The position numbers and the translations under genes are program-made. Positions 19,239 to 28,807 of a stretch of DNA of 37,287 nt are shown here, piece by piece; the stretch's first letter is position 1; every line of letters starts with the position of its first letter. Under the pieces are notes generated by a model. It worked only from the letters and a program-made list of their open reading frames with translations, was not told the origin of the DNA and ran no database searches. This DNA comes from Acidobacteriota bacterium. GTDB taxonomy: Bacteria; Desulfobacterota; Desulfovibrionia; Desulfovibrionales; Desulfovibrionaceae. Location of the stretch: contig JBKICS010000402.1 in assembly GCA_046567015.1 (NCBI GenBank), forward strand, positions 5,641 through 42,927. The letters run 5' to 3'.

Positions 19239-20428
19239 GAGGCCTCATTCCCGGCCAGGGCCGCGGCCCGGCGCAGCAGGGCGTCCTCGTCGAGCCACTC
19301 GGCCTTTTCCGCGTTCTTGATCAGGCGGCTGGCCCGGGTGAGTGCCTCGGGGGAAAGCGCGATGCCGAGCTCCGCCAGGCGCAGGGCCAGGGCGGCCTTG
19401 CCGGAGAGCGGCGAGAGCGGCAACCGGATGCCCTCGGCCCCGACCAGTTCCGGGCGAAAGGGCAGGTAGGTGTCGGGGTGCTTGAGCAGCCCGTCCTGGT
19501 GGACGCCGGCCGAGGTGGCGAAAATGTTGGCCCCGGTGACGGCCTTGTTGGCGGGAAGCGGGATGCCGGCCCGCTCGGCCACCAGCCGGCACAGCCCCGT
19601 AAGCTTTCGGGTATCGACATTGATGGCCCGGCGGTACTGCTTCTGGTGCAGGGTCAGGGCCATGACGGTTTCTTCCAGGGCGGCGTTGCCGGCCCGTTCG
19701 CCGATGCCGCAGACGGTCAGGTGCACGATGTCGGCCCCGGCGGCCACGGCGGCCAGGGTGTTGGCCGTGGCCAAGCCCAGGTCGTTGTGGAAATGCACCC
19801 GCACCTTGACCCCGCGCGGATGGGCCAGCCGGGCCAGCATGGCCACCCGGCGGCGGGCGACTTCCGGGGTGAGTACGCCCACGGTGTCGGGAAAGCCGAT
19901 ACCCGTGGCTCCGGCGTCCATGGCCGCGACATAGGCCTGGCGCAGGAAGCCCGGCTCGGTGCGGCTGCCGTCCTCGCAGCCAAACGTCACCCGGTCGAAC
20001 CGCTTGCGGGCGTAGGCCACGGCGCCGGCGATCATGTCCAGGCATTGGGCCTTGGTCTTGCCGAGCTTGTGGCGGCGGTGCAGGGGACTTGTGGCCAAAA
20101 AGACGCCGACTCCCCGGCGATCGGGGGCCGCCTCGGCCAAGGCGCTCCAGGCGGCGTCGATGTCGGCGGAAACGGCCCGGCACAGGGCCATGACGACCGG
20201 GCCTGAGGTTTCGGCGGCGATGCGGCGCACGGCCTCGACTTCATGGTCGGAACCGGCCGGAAAGCCGGCCTCGATGACATCGACCCCGGCCTCGGCCAGG
20301 GCCATGGCGATGGCCACCTTGTCGGCCACGGAAAAGCGCACCCCGGGCATTTGCGCCCCGTCGCGCAGGGTGGTGTCGGAAATGATGAGTGGGGAAAGCG
20401 GCGGCGTGACAGACAAACGCTTGGGCAT
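19235..20428 (-). CDS. LeuA/homocitrate synthase-family (DRE-TIM) acyltransferase without C-terminal regulatory domain
   Basis: DTTLRDGAQ, IEAGFP, PDTVG, HFHNDLGLATAN, GIGERAGNA, GVHQDG; only 397 aa. Confidence 0.85.
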   Translation of the reverse strand: MPKRLSVTPPLSPLIISDTTLRDGAQMPGVRFSVADKVAIAMALAEAGVDVIEAGFPAGSDHEVEAVRRIAAETSGPVVMALCRAVSADIDAAWSALAEAAPDRRGVGVFLATSPLHRRHKLGKTKAQCLDMIAGAVAYARKRFDRVTFGCEDGSRTEPGFLRQAYVAAMDAGATGIGFPDTVGVLTPEVARRRVAMLARLAHPRGVKVRVHFHNDLGLATANTLAAVAAGADIVHLTVCGIGERAGNAALEETVMALTLHQKQYRRAINVDTRKLTGLCRLVAERAGIPLPANKAVTGANIFATSAGVHQDGLLKHPDTYLPFRPELVGAEGIRLPLSPLSGKAALALRLAELGIALSPEALTRASRLIKNAEKAEWLDEDALLRRAAALAGNEAS

Positions 20429-20575
20429 GCGCTTTTATGCGCCGATTTTACGGCAAAGGCAACGCCTTGACGGCCGTAACGGTCCTAACGATTTGACGTA
20501 GCCCGAGGCTGAGGATAGATTTTGTGAAGGCCGGCCAGGCCGGCGACAGACAGACAACAAGCAGTGGGAGGGGGC

Positions 20576-21235
20576 ATGGCGACCATCGGCGTACTCCTGT
20601 CGGGTTGTGGCGTCCTGGATGGTTCGGAAATCCACGAAGCCACGCTGACCCTGTATTTCCTCAACAAGGCCGGGGCCAAGGTCGTGTGCCTGGCCCCGGA
20701 CATGACGGTCGAGGCCGTGGACCATGGGACGAAAAAACCCATGGGCCAGCAGCGCAATGTCCGGGTGGAGGCCGCCCGCATCGCCCGGGGGCCGGTGGCC
20801 GATACCACCATGGTCGCGGCGGCGGACCTGGACGCCCTGATCCTGCCCGGCGGCTTGGGCGCGGCCAAGAATCTGTGCGACTTCGCGGTCAGCGGGGCCA
20901 AGGGCGCGGTCGAGCCGTCGGTCGCGGCCCTGCTTCGCGCCATGCATGCCGCCAAAAAGCCCATCGGGGCCATCTGCATCGCCCCGGCCGTTGTGGCCCT
21001 GGCCTTGGCCGAGCATCACCCCGAATTGACCATCGGTAACGATTCCGGCACGGCCCAGGCCCTGGAAGCCGCCGGCGCGCGGCATGTGTCCTGTCCCGTG
21101 GACGCCGTCGTGGTGGACGCGGCCAACCGGCTGGTGACCACGCCGGCCTACATGCTGGGTCCAGGCATCGCCGACATAGCCCTTGGCATCGAAAAGCTCG
21201 TGGCCGCCGTGCTGGACATGGCCAAGGCGTCCTGA
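20576..21235 (+). CDS. elbB: Glyoxalase ElbB (DJ-1/PfpI family)
   Basis: VLLSGCGVLDGSEIHEA, RNVRVEAARIARG, PGGLGAAKNL, GAICIAP, TTPAYM. Confidence 0.92.
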   Translation: MATIGVLLSGCGVLDGSEIHEATLTLYFLNKAGAKVVCLAPDMTVEAVDHGTKKPMGQQRNVRVEAARIARGPVADTTMVAAADLDALILPGGLGAAKNLCDFAVSGAKGAVEPSVAALLRAMHAAKKPIGAICIAPAVVALALAEHHPELTIGNDSGTAQALEAAGARHVSCPVDAVVVDAANRLVTTPAYMLGPGIADIALGIEKLVAAVLDMAKAS

Positions 21236-21339
21236 CCCGATGGGCGCGCGCCGCGACGGGAGCGGCAGGACGGCCCTTTGGGACCGGCCGGGGCCGGCGG
21301 ACCGGCGAAAGGATTTTTCACCACTGCCAGGGAGGGCGG

Positions 21340-22116
21340 ATGCGGCGGCTGTTTGTCAATGCCGATGATTTTGGGCTGACCGAGGGCGTGACCGCCGGCA
21401 TCGCCGAGGCCATGGCCGCCGGCGTGGTGGGCGGGACCACGGCTATGGTCTGCGTGCCGGGCGCGGTGGAGCGGATTGCCCGACTTGGCCGGCCGTTTGC
21501 CGGCCGGGTGGGGCTGCACCTGCAGCTCACCGGCGGCAGGCCCTGTCTGCCGCCCGGGGCCGTGCCCAGCCTTACCACGGCCGAGGGGCTTTTTCCCCGC
21601 AAGAAGATCGGGGTGGCGGATGTGAACCCCGGCGAGGTGCGGCGGGAATGGCGGGCGCAATTGTCCCGTTTCCGGGAAACGGGCCTGACGCCGAGCCACC
21701 TCGATTCCCACCACCACATCCACAAGCGTCCCGAGGTATTCGGGGCGTTCGTGGAACTGGCCCGGGAACTGGGCGTGCCGGCCCGGGCGTTGTCCGACGA
21801 CATGCGCCGCGCCCTGGACGCCGCCGGCGTGCCCCATGCCGACGTCTGCGTCACGCGATTTTACGGGGAAGCGCTGAGCGTCTCCCATTTCCTGTCCCTG
21901 GTGGACGCGGCGTTCGCGGCCCTTGGCGGGGAGGGGACCGTGGAGGTCATGTGCCACCCCGGACGCAGCGACGCGGCCCTTGCCGCCATCAGCACCTATG
22001 CCGACGGCCGCGAGGAAGAATTGCGCGTGTTCACCGCGCCGGATGTGCCGGACCTTCTGGCCGGGCACGGGGTGACGGTGATTGATGCCGCGCGCCTGGC
22101 CATTGCGGCGGCGTAA
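21340..22116 (+). CDS. YdjC/ChbG/HpnK-family carbohydrate deacetylase
   Basis: VNADDFGL, GLHLQL, HLDSHHHIH, EVMCHPG. Confidence 0.9.
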   Translation: MRRLFVNADDFGLTEGVTAGIAEAMAAGVVGGTTAMVCVPGAVERIARLGRPFAGRVGLHLQLTGGRPCLPPGAVPSLTTAEGLFPRKKIGVADVNPGEVRREWRAQLSRFRETGLTPSHLDSHHHIHKRPEVFGAFVELARELGVPARALSDDMRRALDAAGVPHADVCVTRFYGEALSVSHFLSLVDAAFAALGGEGTVEVMCHPGRSDAALAAISTYADGREEELRVFTAPDVPDLLAGHGVTVIDAARLAIAAA

Positions 22117-22167
22117 CCAGTTTTGCAGAGCAGGCGGCCGGACGTCAGGCCGCCAAAGGATGGGCGC

Positions 22168-23349
22168 ATGCCCGAAAGACTCCTCCTGTCCATGCGCAAG
22201 TTCGTCGCGCCGGAGTTCGTGTTCGGCCGGGGTGCGCTGACCCTGGCCGGGCGGCAGGCGGCCGGGCTTGGGGTGCGCCGGGCGCTGTTGGTGGCCGATC
22301 CGGGCCTTACCGACTTTGGCTGGCCCGGGCGGGTCGAGGCCAGCCTCAACGAGGCCGGGGTGGTGACCGAGCGATTCGAGGCCCTGTCGCCCAATCCCCG
22401 GGATCAGGAGATCATGGCCGGGGTCGCGGCCTTTGCCGCCTGCTCCTGCGACGCCATCGTGGCCGTGGGCGGCGGTTCGGCCATGGACTGCGCCAAGGCC
22501 ATCGGCATCGCCTGGGCCAACAACCGCCACATCCTCGAATTCGAGGGCGTGGACAACGTCGAACGCCCGGGGCCGCCGCTTCTGTGCGTGCCGACCACCG
22601 CCGGCACCGGAGCCGAGGTTTCGCAGTTCGCCATCGTCACCGACACGGCCCGGCGACGCAAAATCGTCATCGCCAGCAAGACGCTCATACCCGACGCGGC
22701 CTTGCTTGATCCCGACGTCACCACCACCATGTCCGCCGCCCTGACCGCCCACACCGGGCTCGACGCCCTGACCCACGCCATGGAAGCCTATGTGTCCAAC
22801 GCCCAGGGTCCGGTCACTGATCTGTTCTCCCTGGAGGCAGTGCGCCGCATCGCCGCCAATCTGCCGCGCGTCGTTGACGATCCGAACGACATCGAGGCCC
22901 GGGGGGCCATGCTCCTGGCCAGCCTCTACGCCGGCCTGGCCTTTTCCAACGCCATCCTCGGCGCGGTCCACGCCATGGCCCACAGCCTCGGCGGCCGCTT
23001 CGACCTGCCCCATGGCCTGTGCAACGCCATCCTGCTCGACCATGTGGTCGCCTACAATTACGCCGCCGCCCCGGATCGCTACGCCGCCCTGGGCCGTTGT
23101 CTCGGAGCGAAATTTACCGAGGCCGCGCCGCCCGAGGAAAAAAAGGCGGCGGTCCTTGCGGCCATAGCCGCCTTCAAGCACCGCGTCGGCGTGTCCATGA
23201 GCCTGGCCGACCTCGGCGTCGACGCCGCGAGCTTCGGCGAACTGGCCTGCTCCGCCCTGGACGACCCTTGCCTCTTGACCAATCCCCGCCAGCCCGATCA
23301 GGCCGATCTGGAAGCCATCTATGCAAGCGCCAGCCGCCCCCGGTCCTAA
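22168..23349 (+). CDS. ercA: Iron-containing alcohol dehydrogenase-like protein, ErcA-like
   Basis: RKFVAPEFVFG N-terminus, GGGSAMD, PTTAGTG, DALTHAMEA, HAMAH, HGLCNA; overlaps a PAS kinase gene as in the ercA-ercS arrangement. Confidence 0.78.
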   Translation: MPERLLLSMRKFVAPEFVFGRGALTLAGRQAAGLGVRRALLVADPGLTDFGWPGRVEASLNEAGVVTERFEALSPNPRDQEIMAGVAAFAACSCDAIVAVGGGSAMDCAKAIGIAWANNRHILEFEGVDNVERPGPPLLCVPTTAGTGAEVSQFAIVTDTARRRKIVIASKTLIPDAALLDPDVTTTMSAALTAHTGLDALTHAMEAYVSNAQGPVTDLFSLEAVRRIAANLPRVVDDPNDIEARGAMLLASLYAGLAFSNAILGAVHAMAHSLGGRFDLPHGLCNAILLDHVVAYNYAAAPDRYAALGRCLGAKFTEAAPPEEKKAAVLAAIAAFKHRVGVSMSLADLGVDAASFGELACSALDDPCLLTNPRQPDQADLEAIYASASRPRS

Positions 23350-25039
23350 GAGCGACGATCGCCGGACCAGGCTGCTCGGGTTTGGCGAACACTCGGTCAG
23401 CAAGAGCTACTATCCGGAGTTGCGGCGACGGCTGGAGGAGCTCGAACGCTTTCGGTCCCTGCTGGACCAGACCGGCGACGCCATCTTTCTGGTGGATGTG
23501 GGCAGCGGTCGCATCACCGACGCAGCCGGGGCGGCCGGGGCCATGCTGCGCCTGGGCAGCCCGGCCCTGGTCGGCCGTTGCTTCGAGGAACTCCTGCCGG
23601 TGGACGCGGTCTGCCAGTTGCGGGGGCTTTTTTCCGGGGACTTCGCCGCCGGGCGCATTGAAACCACCCTGTCCCTGCCTGAGGCGGTCCCGGGGACCAG
23701 CCAGCCCGTGGAGATGACCTTTCGCCTTGCTGCCGGCGGCGATGGTCCCATCGCCGTCATCGTGGCCCGGGACGTCACCGAACGCAAAAAAAGCGAGGAG
23801 GCCCTGCGCCGGGCCGAGGAACGCTACCGGGGCATCGTCGAGAACGCCGCCGAGGGCATTTTTCAGAGCAACCTCGCCGGCCGGCTCATGAGCGTGAACC
23901 CGGCTCTGGCCGCCATCCTCGGCTATGAATCGACCTCGGATCTCTTGCGCCAGGTGAAAAGCGTGGTGGACGACGTGGTGGCCTCTCCCGAGGATCGTCA
24001 GCGCATCCGCAACGAGCTGGAGCGCTACGACCAGGTCAAGAATCTGGAAGTCCAGCTCCTCACCAAATCCGGCCAGCGTATCTGGGGACTCATCAATGCC
24101 CGGCGCATCCGGGACGGCGAGGGCCAGGCCGAGCGCTTCGACGGCTCGGTCCAGGACGTGTCCGTGCGCAAGCAGGCGGAACAGACGCTCATCCGCTACC
24201 ACGACGAACTGGAGCAGCGGGTGGCCGAGCGCACGGCGGAGCTGACCCGGGCCAACGAGCGCCTCATCCACGAAGTGACCATTCGCAAAAAGGCCGAGGA
24301 AGCGGCCGAGGCGGCCAACCGGGCCAAATCCGATTTCCTGTCCATGGTGTCCCATGAAATCCGCACGCCCCTGACCTCGGTCCTGGGCTTTGCCGTGCTG
24401 ATCCAAAAGCGGCTGCAACAGCTCCTGGCCCCCCTGGCCGGCGGTTCTCTCCAGCAGCGCCGCCAGGCCGAGCAGGTCCAGGAAAACCTCGGCATCATCG
24501 TGACCGAGGGCGAGCGGCTCAAGCATCTGATAAACGACGTCCTCGACCTGGCCAAGCTCGAAGCCGGCAAGATGGCCTTTCACAGGGAGCGCGTGGACCC
24601 GGCCGCCGTGATCCGCCATGTCATGAGCGCTTCGGTCGGGCTTTTGCAGGGCAACCGGGTCAACCTGACCACGAGCATCGAGGGGCGGTTGCCGGAAATC
24701 GTCGGCGACCGGGACAGGCTCATCCAGGTGCTGGTCAACCTGGTGTCCAATGCGCTTAAGTTCACCGAATCCGGCTCGGTCACCTGCCGGGCCCGGGCGC
24801 AGGGCCATTCCATCATCATTGAGGTGGAAGACACCGGCATCGGCATCCCCGAGGCCGAACAGCACAAGGTTTTCGAGAAGTTCAACCAGATTGGCGGCAC
24901 GCTCACCAACAAGCCCAAGGGCACCGGCCTTGGCTTGGCCATCTGCAAACATATCGTCGAGTCACACGGCGGTCGCATTTTTTTTGTATCCAAGCCCGGA
25001 ACCGGCAGCACATTTACCTTCACCCTGCCGATTGCCTAA
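23321..25039 (+). CDS. Cytoplasmic two-PAS sensor histidine kinase, ErcS-like
   Basis: N-terminal LLGFGEHSVSKSYYPEL, two PAS regions, H-box SHEIRTPL, N-box NLVSNALKFT, DTGIGI, GTGLGL; no TM segment or receiver domain. Confidence 0.9.
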   Translation: MQAPAAPGPKSDDRRTRLLGFGEHSVSKSYYPELRRRLEELERFRSLLDQTGDAIFLVDVGSGRITDAAGAAGAMLRLGSPALVGRCFEELLPVDAVCQLRGLFSGDFAAGRIETTLSLPEAVPGTSQPVEMTFRLAAGGDGPIAVIVARDVTERKKSEEALRRAEERYRGIVENAAEGIFQSNLAGRLMSVNPALAAILGYESTSDLLRQVKSVVDDVVASPEDRQRIRNELERYDQVKNLEVQLLTKSGQRIWGLINARRIRDGEGQAERFDGSVQDVSVRKQAEQTLIRYHDELEQRVAERTAELTRANERLIHEVTIRKKAEEAAEAANRAKSDFLSMVSHEIRTPLTSVLGFAVLIQKRLQQLLAPLAGGSLQQRRQAEQVQENLGIIVTEGERLKHLINDVLDLAKLEAGKMAFHRERVDPAAVIRHVMSASVGLLQGNRVNLTTSIEGRLPEIVGDRDRLIQVLVNLVSNALKFTESGSVTCRARAQGHSIIIEVEDTGIGIPEAEQHKVFEKFNQIGGTLTNKPKGTGLGLAICKHIVESHGGRIFFVSKPGTGSTFTFTLPIA

Positions 25040-25117
25040 GTCGGACCATTGCGGTATGTCCCCGTCCCCCGGCAGCGTCCCCGACGCCTGCCCCCAACGC
25101 CCTTCAAGGATTCCTGC

Positions 25118-26956
25118 ATGAAAAACGCGACCAGAAACGAAGCCCTGCGCAATATCGCCATCATCGCCCACGTCGACCACGGCAAAACCACCCTGGTTGA
25201 CCATATGTTCCGTCAAAGCGGTCTGTTCCGCCAGAACCAGGAAGTCACCGACCGCATCATGGACAGCATGGATCTCGAACGCGAACGCGGCATCACCATC
25301 GCCGCCAAGAATTGCGCCGTGATCTGGAACGGGGTGAAGATCAACATCATCGACACGCCGGGCCACGCCGATTTCGGCGGCGAAGTGGAACGGGCCCTGT
25401 CCATGGTCGATGGCGCGGTGCTTTTGGTCGATGCCTCCGAGGGGCCGCTGCCCCAGACCCGCTTCGTCCTCAAAAAGACCCTGGATCGGGGCCTGCCCGT
25501 CATCGTGGCCGTCAACAAGATCGACCGCAAGGACGCCCGGGTCGAGGAAGTCTTAAACGAAATTTACGACCTGTTCATCGACCTCGACGCCTCCGAGGAA
25601 CAACTCGAATTTCCGGTGCTCTACGCCATCGGCCGCGAAGGCATTGCCAAGCGCGGCCTGGACGACGAGGGTGCCGACCTCTCGCCCCTTTTCGAGACCA
25701 TCCTGTCCGAGATCAAGGGCCCGGTCCACGACGCCGCCGAGCCGTTTCGCATGCTGGTGTCCGATCTCGGCTATTCCGACTTTCTCGGCCGTCTGGCCGT
25801 TGGCCGCGTGGTCTCCGGCACGGCCCACATCAACCAGACCATGGTGTGCATCGACGCCGAGGGAACGACCAAACCGCTGCGCATTTCCAAATTGCAGGTC
25901 TACCAGGGCCCCAAGCTGACCGAGACCGAGGCGGCCGATCCCGGCGACATCCTCGTGCTTTCCGGCGTCGAGGACGTGACCATCGGCGACACCATCACCG
26001 TGGCCGATTCGCCCAAGGCCTTGCCGCGTATCAACGTGGACGAACCCACCGTGTCCATGCGCTTTGCCATCAACACCTCGCCCTTTGTCGGCCGCGAGGG
26101 CAAGTTCGTGCAGTCGGCCAAGCTGCGCGAGCGCCTTTACAAGGAAACGCTGCGCAACGTGGCCATCAAGGTCGAGGAGACCGATGACAAGGACGCCTTC
26201 ACGGTCAAGGGCCGGGGCGAGTTCCAGATGGCCATTATCGTCGAGACCATGCGCCGCGAGGGTTTCGAGATTTCCGTTGGACGCCCCGAGGTCATTTACA
26301 AGACCGAAGGCGGCGTGCGCAAGGAACCCATCGAACACCTGTTTATCGACACCGACGAAGCCTTTGTCGGCGTGATTACGGAGAAGCTGTCCGTGCGCAA
26401 GGGCCGCATGCTCAATCTGGTCAACCACGGCTCGGGCCGGGTGCGGTTGGAGTTCTCCATTCCGGCGCGCGGGCTCATCGGCTACCGCGACGAATTTCTC
26501 ACTGACACCAAGGGCACCGGCATCATGAACTCGTCGTTTTCCGGCTACGACGAATACCGGGGCGATTTCCCCAGCCGGTTCACCGGCTCCATCGTCAGCG
26601 ACCGCGAAGGGGTGGGCGTTCCCTATGCGCTGTTCAACCTCGAGCCGCGCGGCCGGCTGTTCATCACGGCGGGCGAGCCGGTTTACGAAGGCATGATCGT
26701 TGGCGAGCACAACCGTGACAACGACATCAACGTCAATCCATGCAAGGAAAAAAAGCTCACCAACATGCGGGCTTCCGGCAAGGATGAACATGTCATTCTC
26801 ACCCCGGTGCTGCCCATGACCTTGGAGCGGGCCCTGCACTTCGTGCGCGAGGACGAGATGGTGGAAGTCACGCCCCTGTCCATTCGTCTGCGCAAGAACG
26901 TGCTGCCGGCCAAGGATCGCCATACCCTGGACGGAGCCAAGAAAAAGGACAAATAG
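25118..26956 (+). CDS. typA: Translational GTPase TypA/BipA
   Basis: [54 protein letters not shown]. Confidence 0.97.
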   Translation: MKNATRNEALRNIAIIAHVDHGKTTLVDHMFRQSGLFRQNQEVTDRIMDSMDLERERGITIAAKNCAVIWNGVKINIIDTPGHADFGGEVERALSMVDGAVLLVDASEGPLPQTRFVLKKTLDRGLPVIVAVNKIDRKDARVEEVLNEIYDLFIDLDASEEQLEFPVLYAIGREGIAKRGLDDEGADLSPLFETILSEIKGPVHDAAEPFRMLVSDLGYSDFLGRLAVGRVVSGTAHINQTMVCIDAEGTTKPLRISKLQVYQGPKLTETEAADPGDILVLSGVEDVTIGDTITVADSPKALPRINVDEPTVSMRFAINTSPFVGREGKFVQSAKLRERLYKETLRNVAIKVEETDDKDAFTVKGRGEFQMAIIVETMRREGFEISVGRPEVIYKTEGGVRKEPIEHLFIDTDEAFVGVITEKLSVRKGRMLNLVNHGSGRVRLEFSIPARGLIGYRDEFLTDTKGTGIMNSSFSGYDEYRGDFPSRFTGSIVSDREGVGVPYALFNLEPRGRLFITAGEPVYEGMIVGEHNRDNDINVNPCKEKKLTNMRASGKDEHVILTPVLPMTLERALHFVREDEMVEVTPLSIRLRKNVLPAKDRHTLDGAKKKDK

Positions 26957-26991
26957 TTCGCCGGGCGGTTGTTCCCGGGCTGCGTATAGTG

Positions 26992-27047
26992 GCGGCGACC
27001 CGCGCCTGGATGGTTCCACTGTCCGGGTGCGGGTCGCCGCTTGTTTT
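26992..27047 (+). terminator. Long hairpin with T-tract, probable typA terminator
   Basis: GCGGCGACCCGC / GCGGGTCGCCGC, extendable inward with G-U pairs, followed by TTGTTTT. Confidence 0.65.
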
Positions 27048-27178
27048 AAGACCGGTCGTCAGGCCTGCCCGACTGTTCGGGCAGGGTCCGTCTCCTGGCC
27101 CTTTCCTGCGATCGCGAAGACGCGAAAAGCGTGACTGCGATGCGTTCCCGGGCGTTGCCAGCCGCCGGTATATCGGGC

Positions 27179-28753
27179 ATGAGCAACGGTATGAACAGAC
27201 ACCTGCCCCTGCCCGGTCCCCTGGCTGTCGCCGTGCGTTATCTGGTCGTGGTTGTCCTGCTGACCGCCTACGGAGGGCAGGTCTGACCGTTCATGGAGGC
27301 CGTGCCCCCCGTGCGCCTGGGGGCCATGCTTGCCGTTTCCTTCGCCGTGGCCCTGCTCCTGCGGGGCTTGGCCACGCGTCCCGTCGTCCTGACCGTGCCG
27401 CCCGGAGACCAGCCCACCCGGCAGTTCCTGCTGGAGATGGGGGCCTGTCTCGTGGCTGGAACCTGTGCGGGCCTTCTCATGGAGGCCTCCATCGGCTTTC
27501 TTTGGGTGTCCGGCTGGAAGCTGGTGCTCGGGTCCATGGTCGCCGGATTCTATCTGGGCCTTGAGGGGGCACTGCTGCGACTTCGCGCCGTGGTGCTCGG
27601 GGCCGGGGAGGGCGGCGGCTTTCCCCTTGGCCGGCCGCTTCGCCTGCGCAGCCTGTCCCGGCGGTTTCTGCTCATGGCCGCCGCCGCCGCCTTTCTGCTC
27701 CTGGGGATTTTCGGCCTGATCTGGGCCGGCGACGTGTCCTGGCTGTCCTCCCTGGACCGGGAGCCGATGGTCTTGGCCGAGGCTAGGCGTTCCGTCATCC
27801 TGGAGATCGCCTTTGTCGTGGCCGTGCTGTTGGCCGGGCTGTCCCGGTTGATCCTGCTGTATGCCGCCAATCTGAAACTCCTGTTCGGCAGCATCACCCA
27901 GGGGCTGGCCCGGGTGCGCCAGGGCGACCTGACGGTGCGTCTGCCCGTGGCCACCTCCGACGAGTTCGGGCTCATCGCCGCCGAGGCCAACGCCATGATC
28001 GAGGGGTTGTCCCAGCGGGTGGCCTTGCTCGATGCGCTCAAAGTGGCCGAGGACGTGCAGCGCAATCTGCTGCCGTCCGCGCCGCCGCGCATCGCCGGCC
28101 TCGATATCGCCGCCTCGAGCGATTACTGCGACGAAACCGGCGGCGATTATTTCGATTTTATCCAGACCGGACCGTCCACCACCGTGGTGGTGGTGGGGGA
28201 TGTGGCCGGGCACGGCGTGGGGCCGGCGTTGCTTATGGCCTCGGCCCGGGCCACGGTGCGCATGGCCGCCGCCATGTACGCCGATCCCGGGGCCGTGGTC
28301 AGCGCCGTCAATTCCCGGGTGGCCGAGGACGTCTACGGCACCGGACGGTTCCTGACCTTTTTCTATCTGGAGATCGATGCCGCAGCCCGGCGGCTGCGCT
28401 GGGTCCGGGCCGGCCACGATCCGGCCATGGTGGTTCCGGCCGGCCAGGGCCTGACGTTCGAACTGGCCGGCGGCGGTCCGCCCCTAGGCGTCGTGGAGGG
28501 CTACCGCTATACGTCCAGTTCGCGCTCCTGGCCCGACGGCTGCCTGGTGTTCATCGGCACCGACGGCATCTGGGAGCGGCGGGGCGGCGACGACAGTATG
28601 TTCGGCAAGGGCCGGCTCCTCGACATCCTGCGCCGAAACGCCGCCCAACCGGCCGACCGGATCCTGGAGGCCGTGACCCGCGACCTGCAAGCCTTTGCCA
28701 AGGACCGTCCCCCGGAGGACGACGTCACCATGGTGGCCATCCGTTTTCCCTGA
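27179..28753 (+). CDS. Membrane HAMP + PP2C/SpoIIE (RsbU-like) phosphatase; candidate selenoprotein (in-frame TGA 27284-27286)
   Basis: PP2C motifs VQRNLLP, GGDYFD, GDVAGHG, RAGH, TDGIWE, DDVT; HAMP motif GDLTVRLPVATSDEFG; multiple TM helices. In-frame ATGs at 27179/27191 give RYLVVVVLLTAYGGQV*PFME. Conservative start is 27293. Confidence 0.8.
27301..27328 (+). promoter_or_regulatory. Candidate SECIS hairpin downstream of the phosphatase TGA
   Basis: CGUG-C-CCCCC [GUGCGCCU] GGGGG-C-CAUG; the loop starts with G 25 nt after UGA. Confidence 0.5.
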
Positions 28754-28807
28754 CCCGGCAGCGAAGGCCCCGGCCTTGCCCGCCGACCCGCCTTGGGCTA
28801 GGACAGA

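Noticed and set aside
18517-19248. Apparent 243-aa N-terminal extension of the ABC transporter in the ORF track
   Set aside because: It overlaps the ZIP-like gene in another frame; the ATGA-coupled start at 18516 is more plausible.
20350-20380. RDGAQ instead of RDGEQ as a sign of a dead synthase
   Set aside because: This variant occurs in active DRE-TIM enzymes such as citramalate synthases, and the metal ligands are intact.
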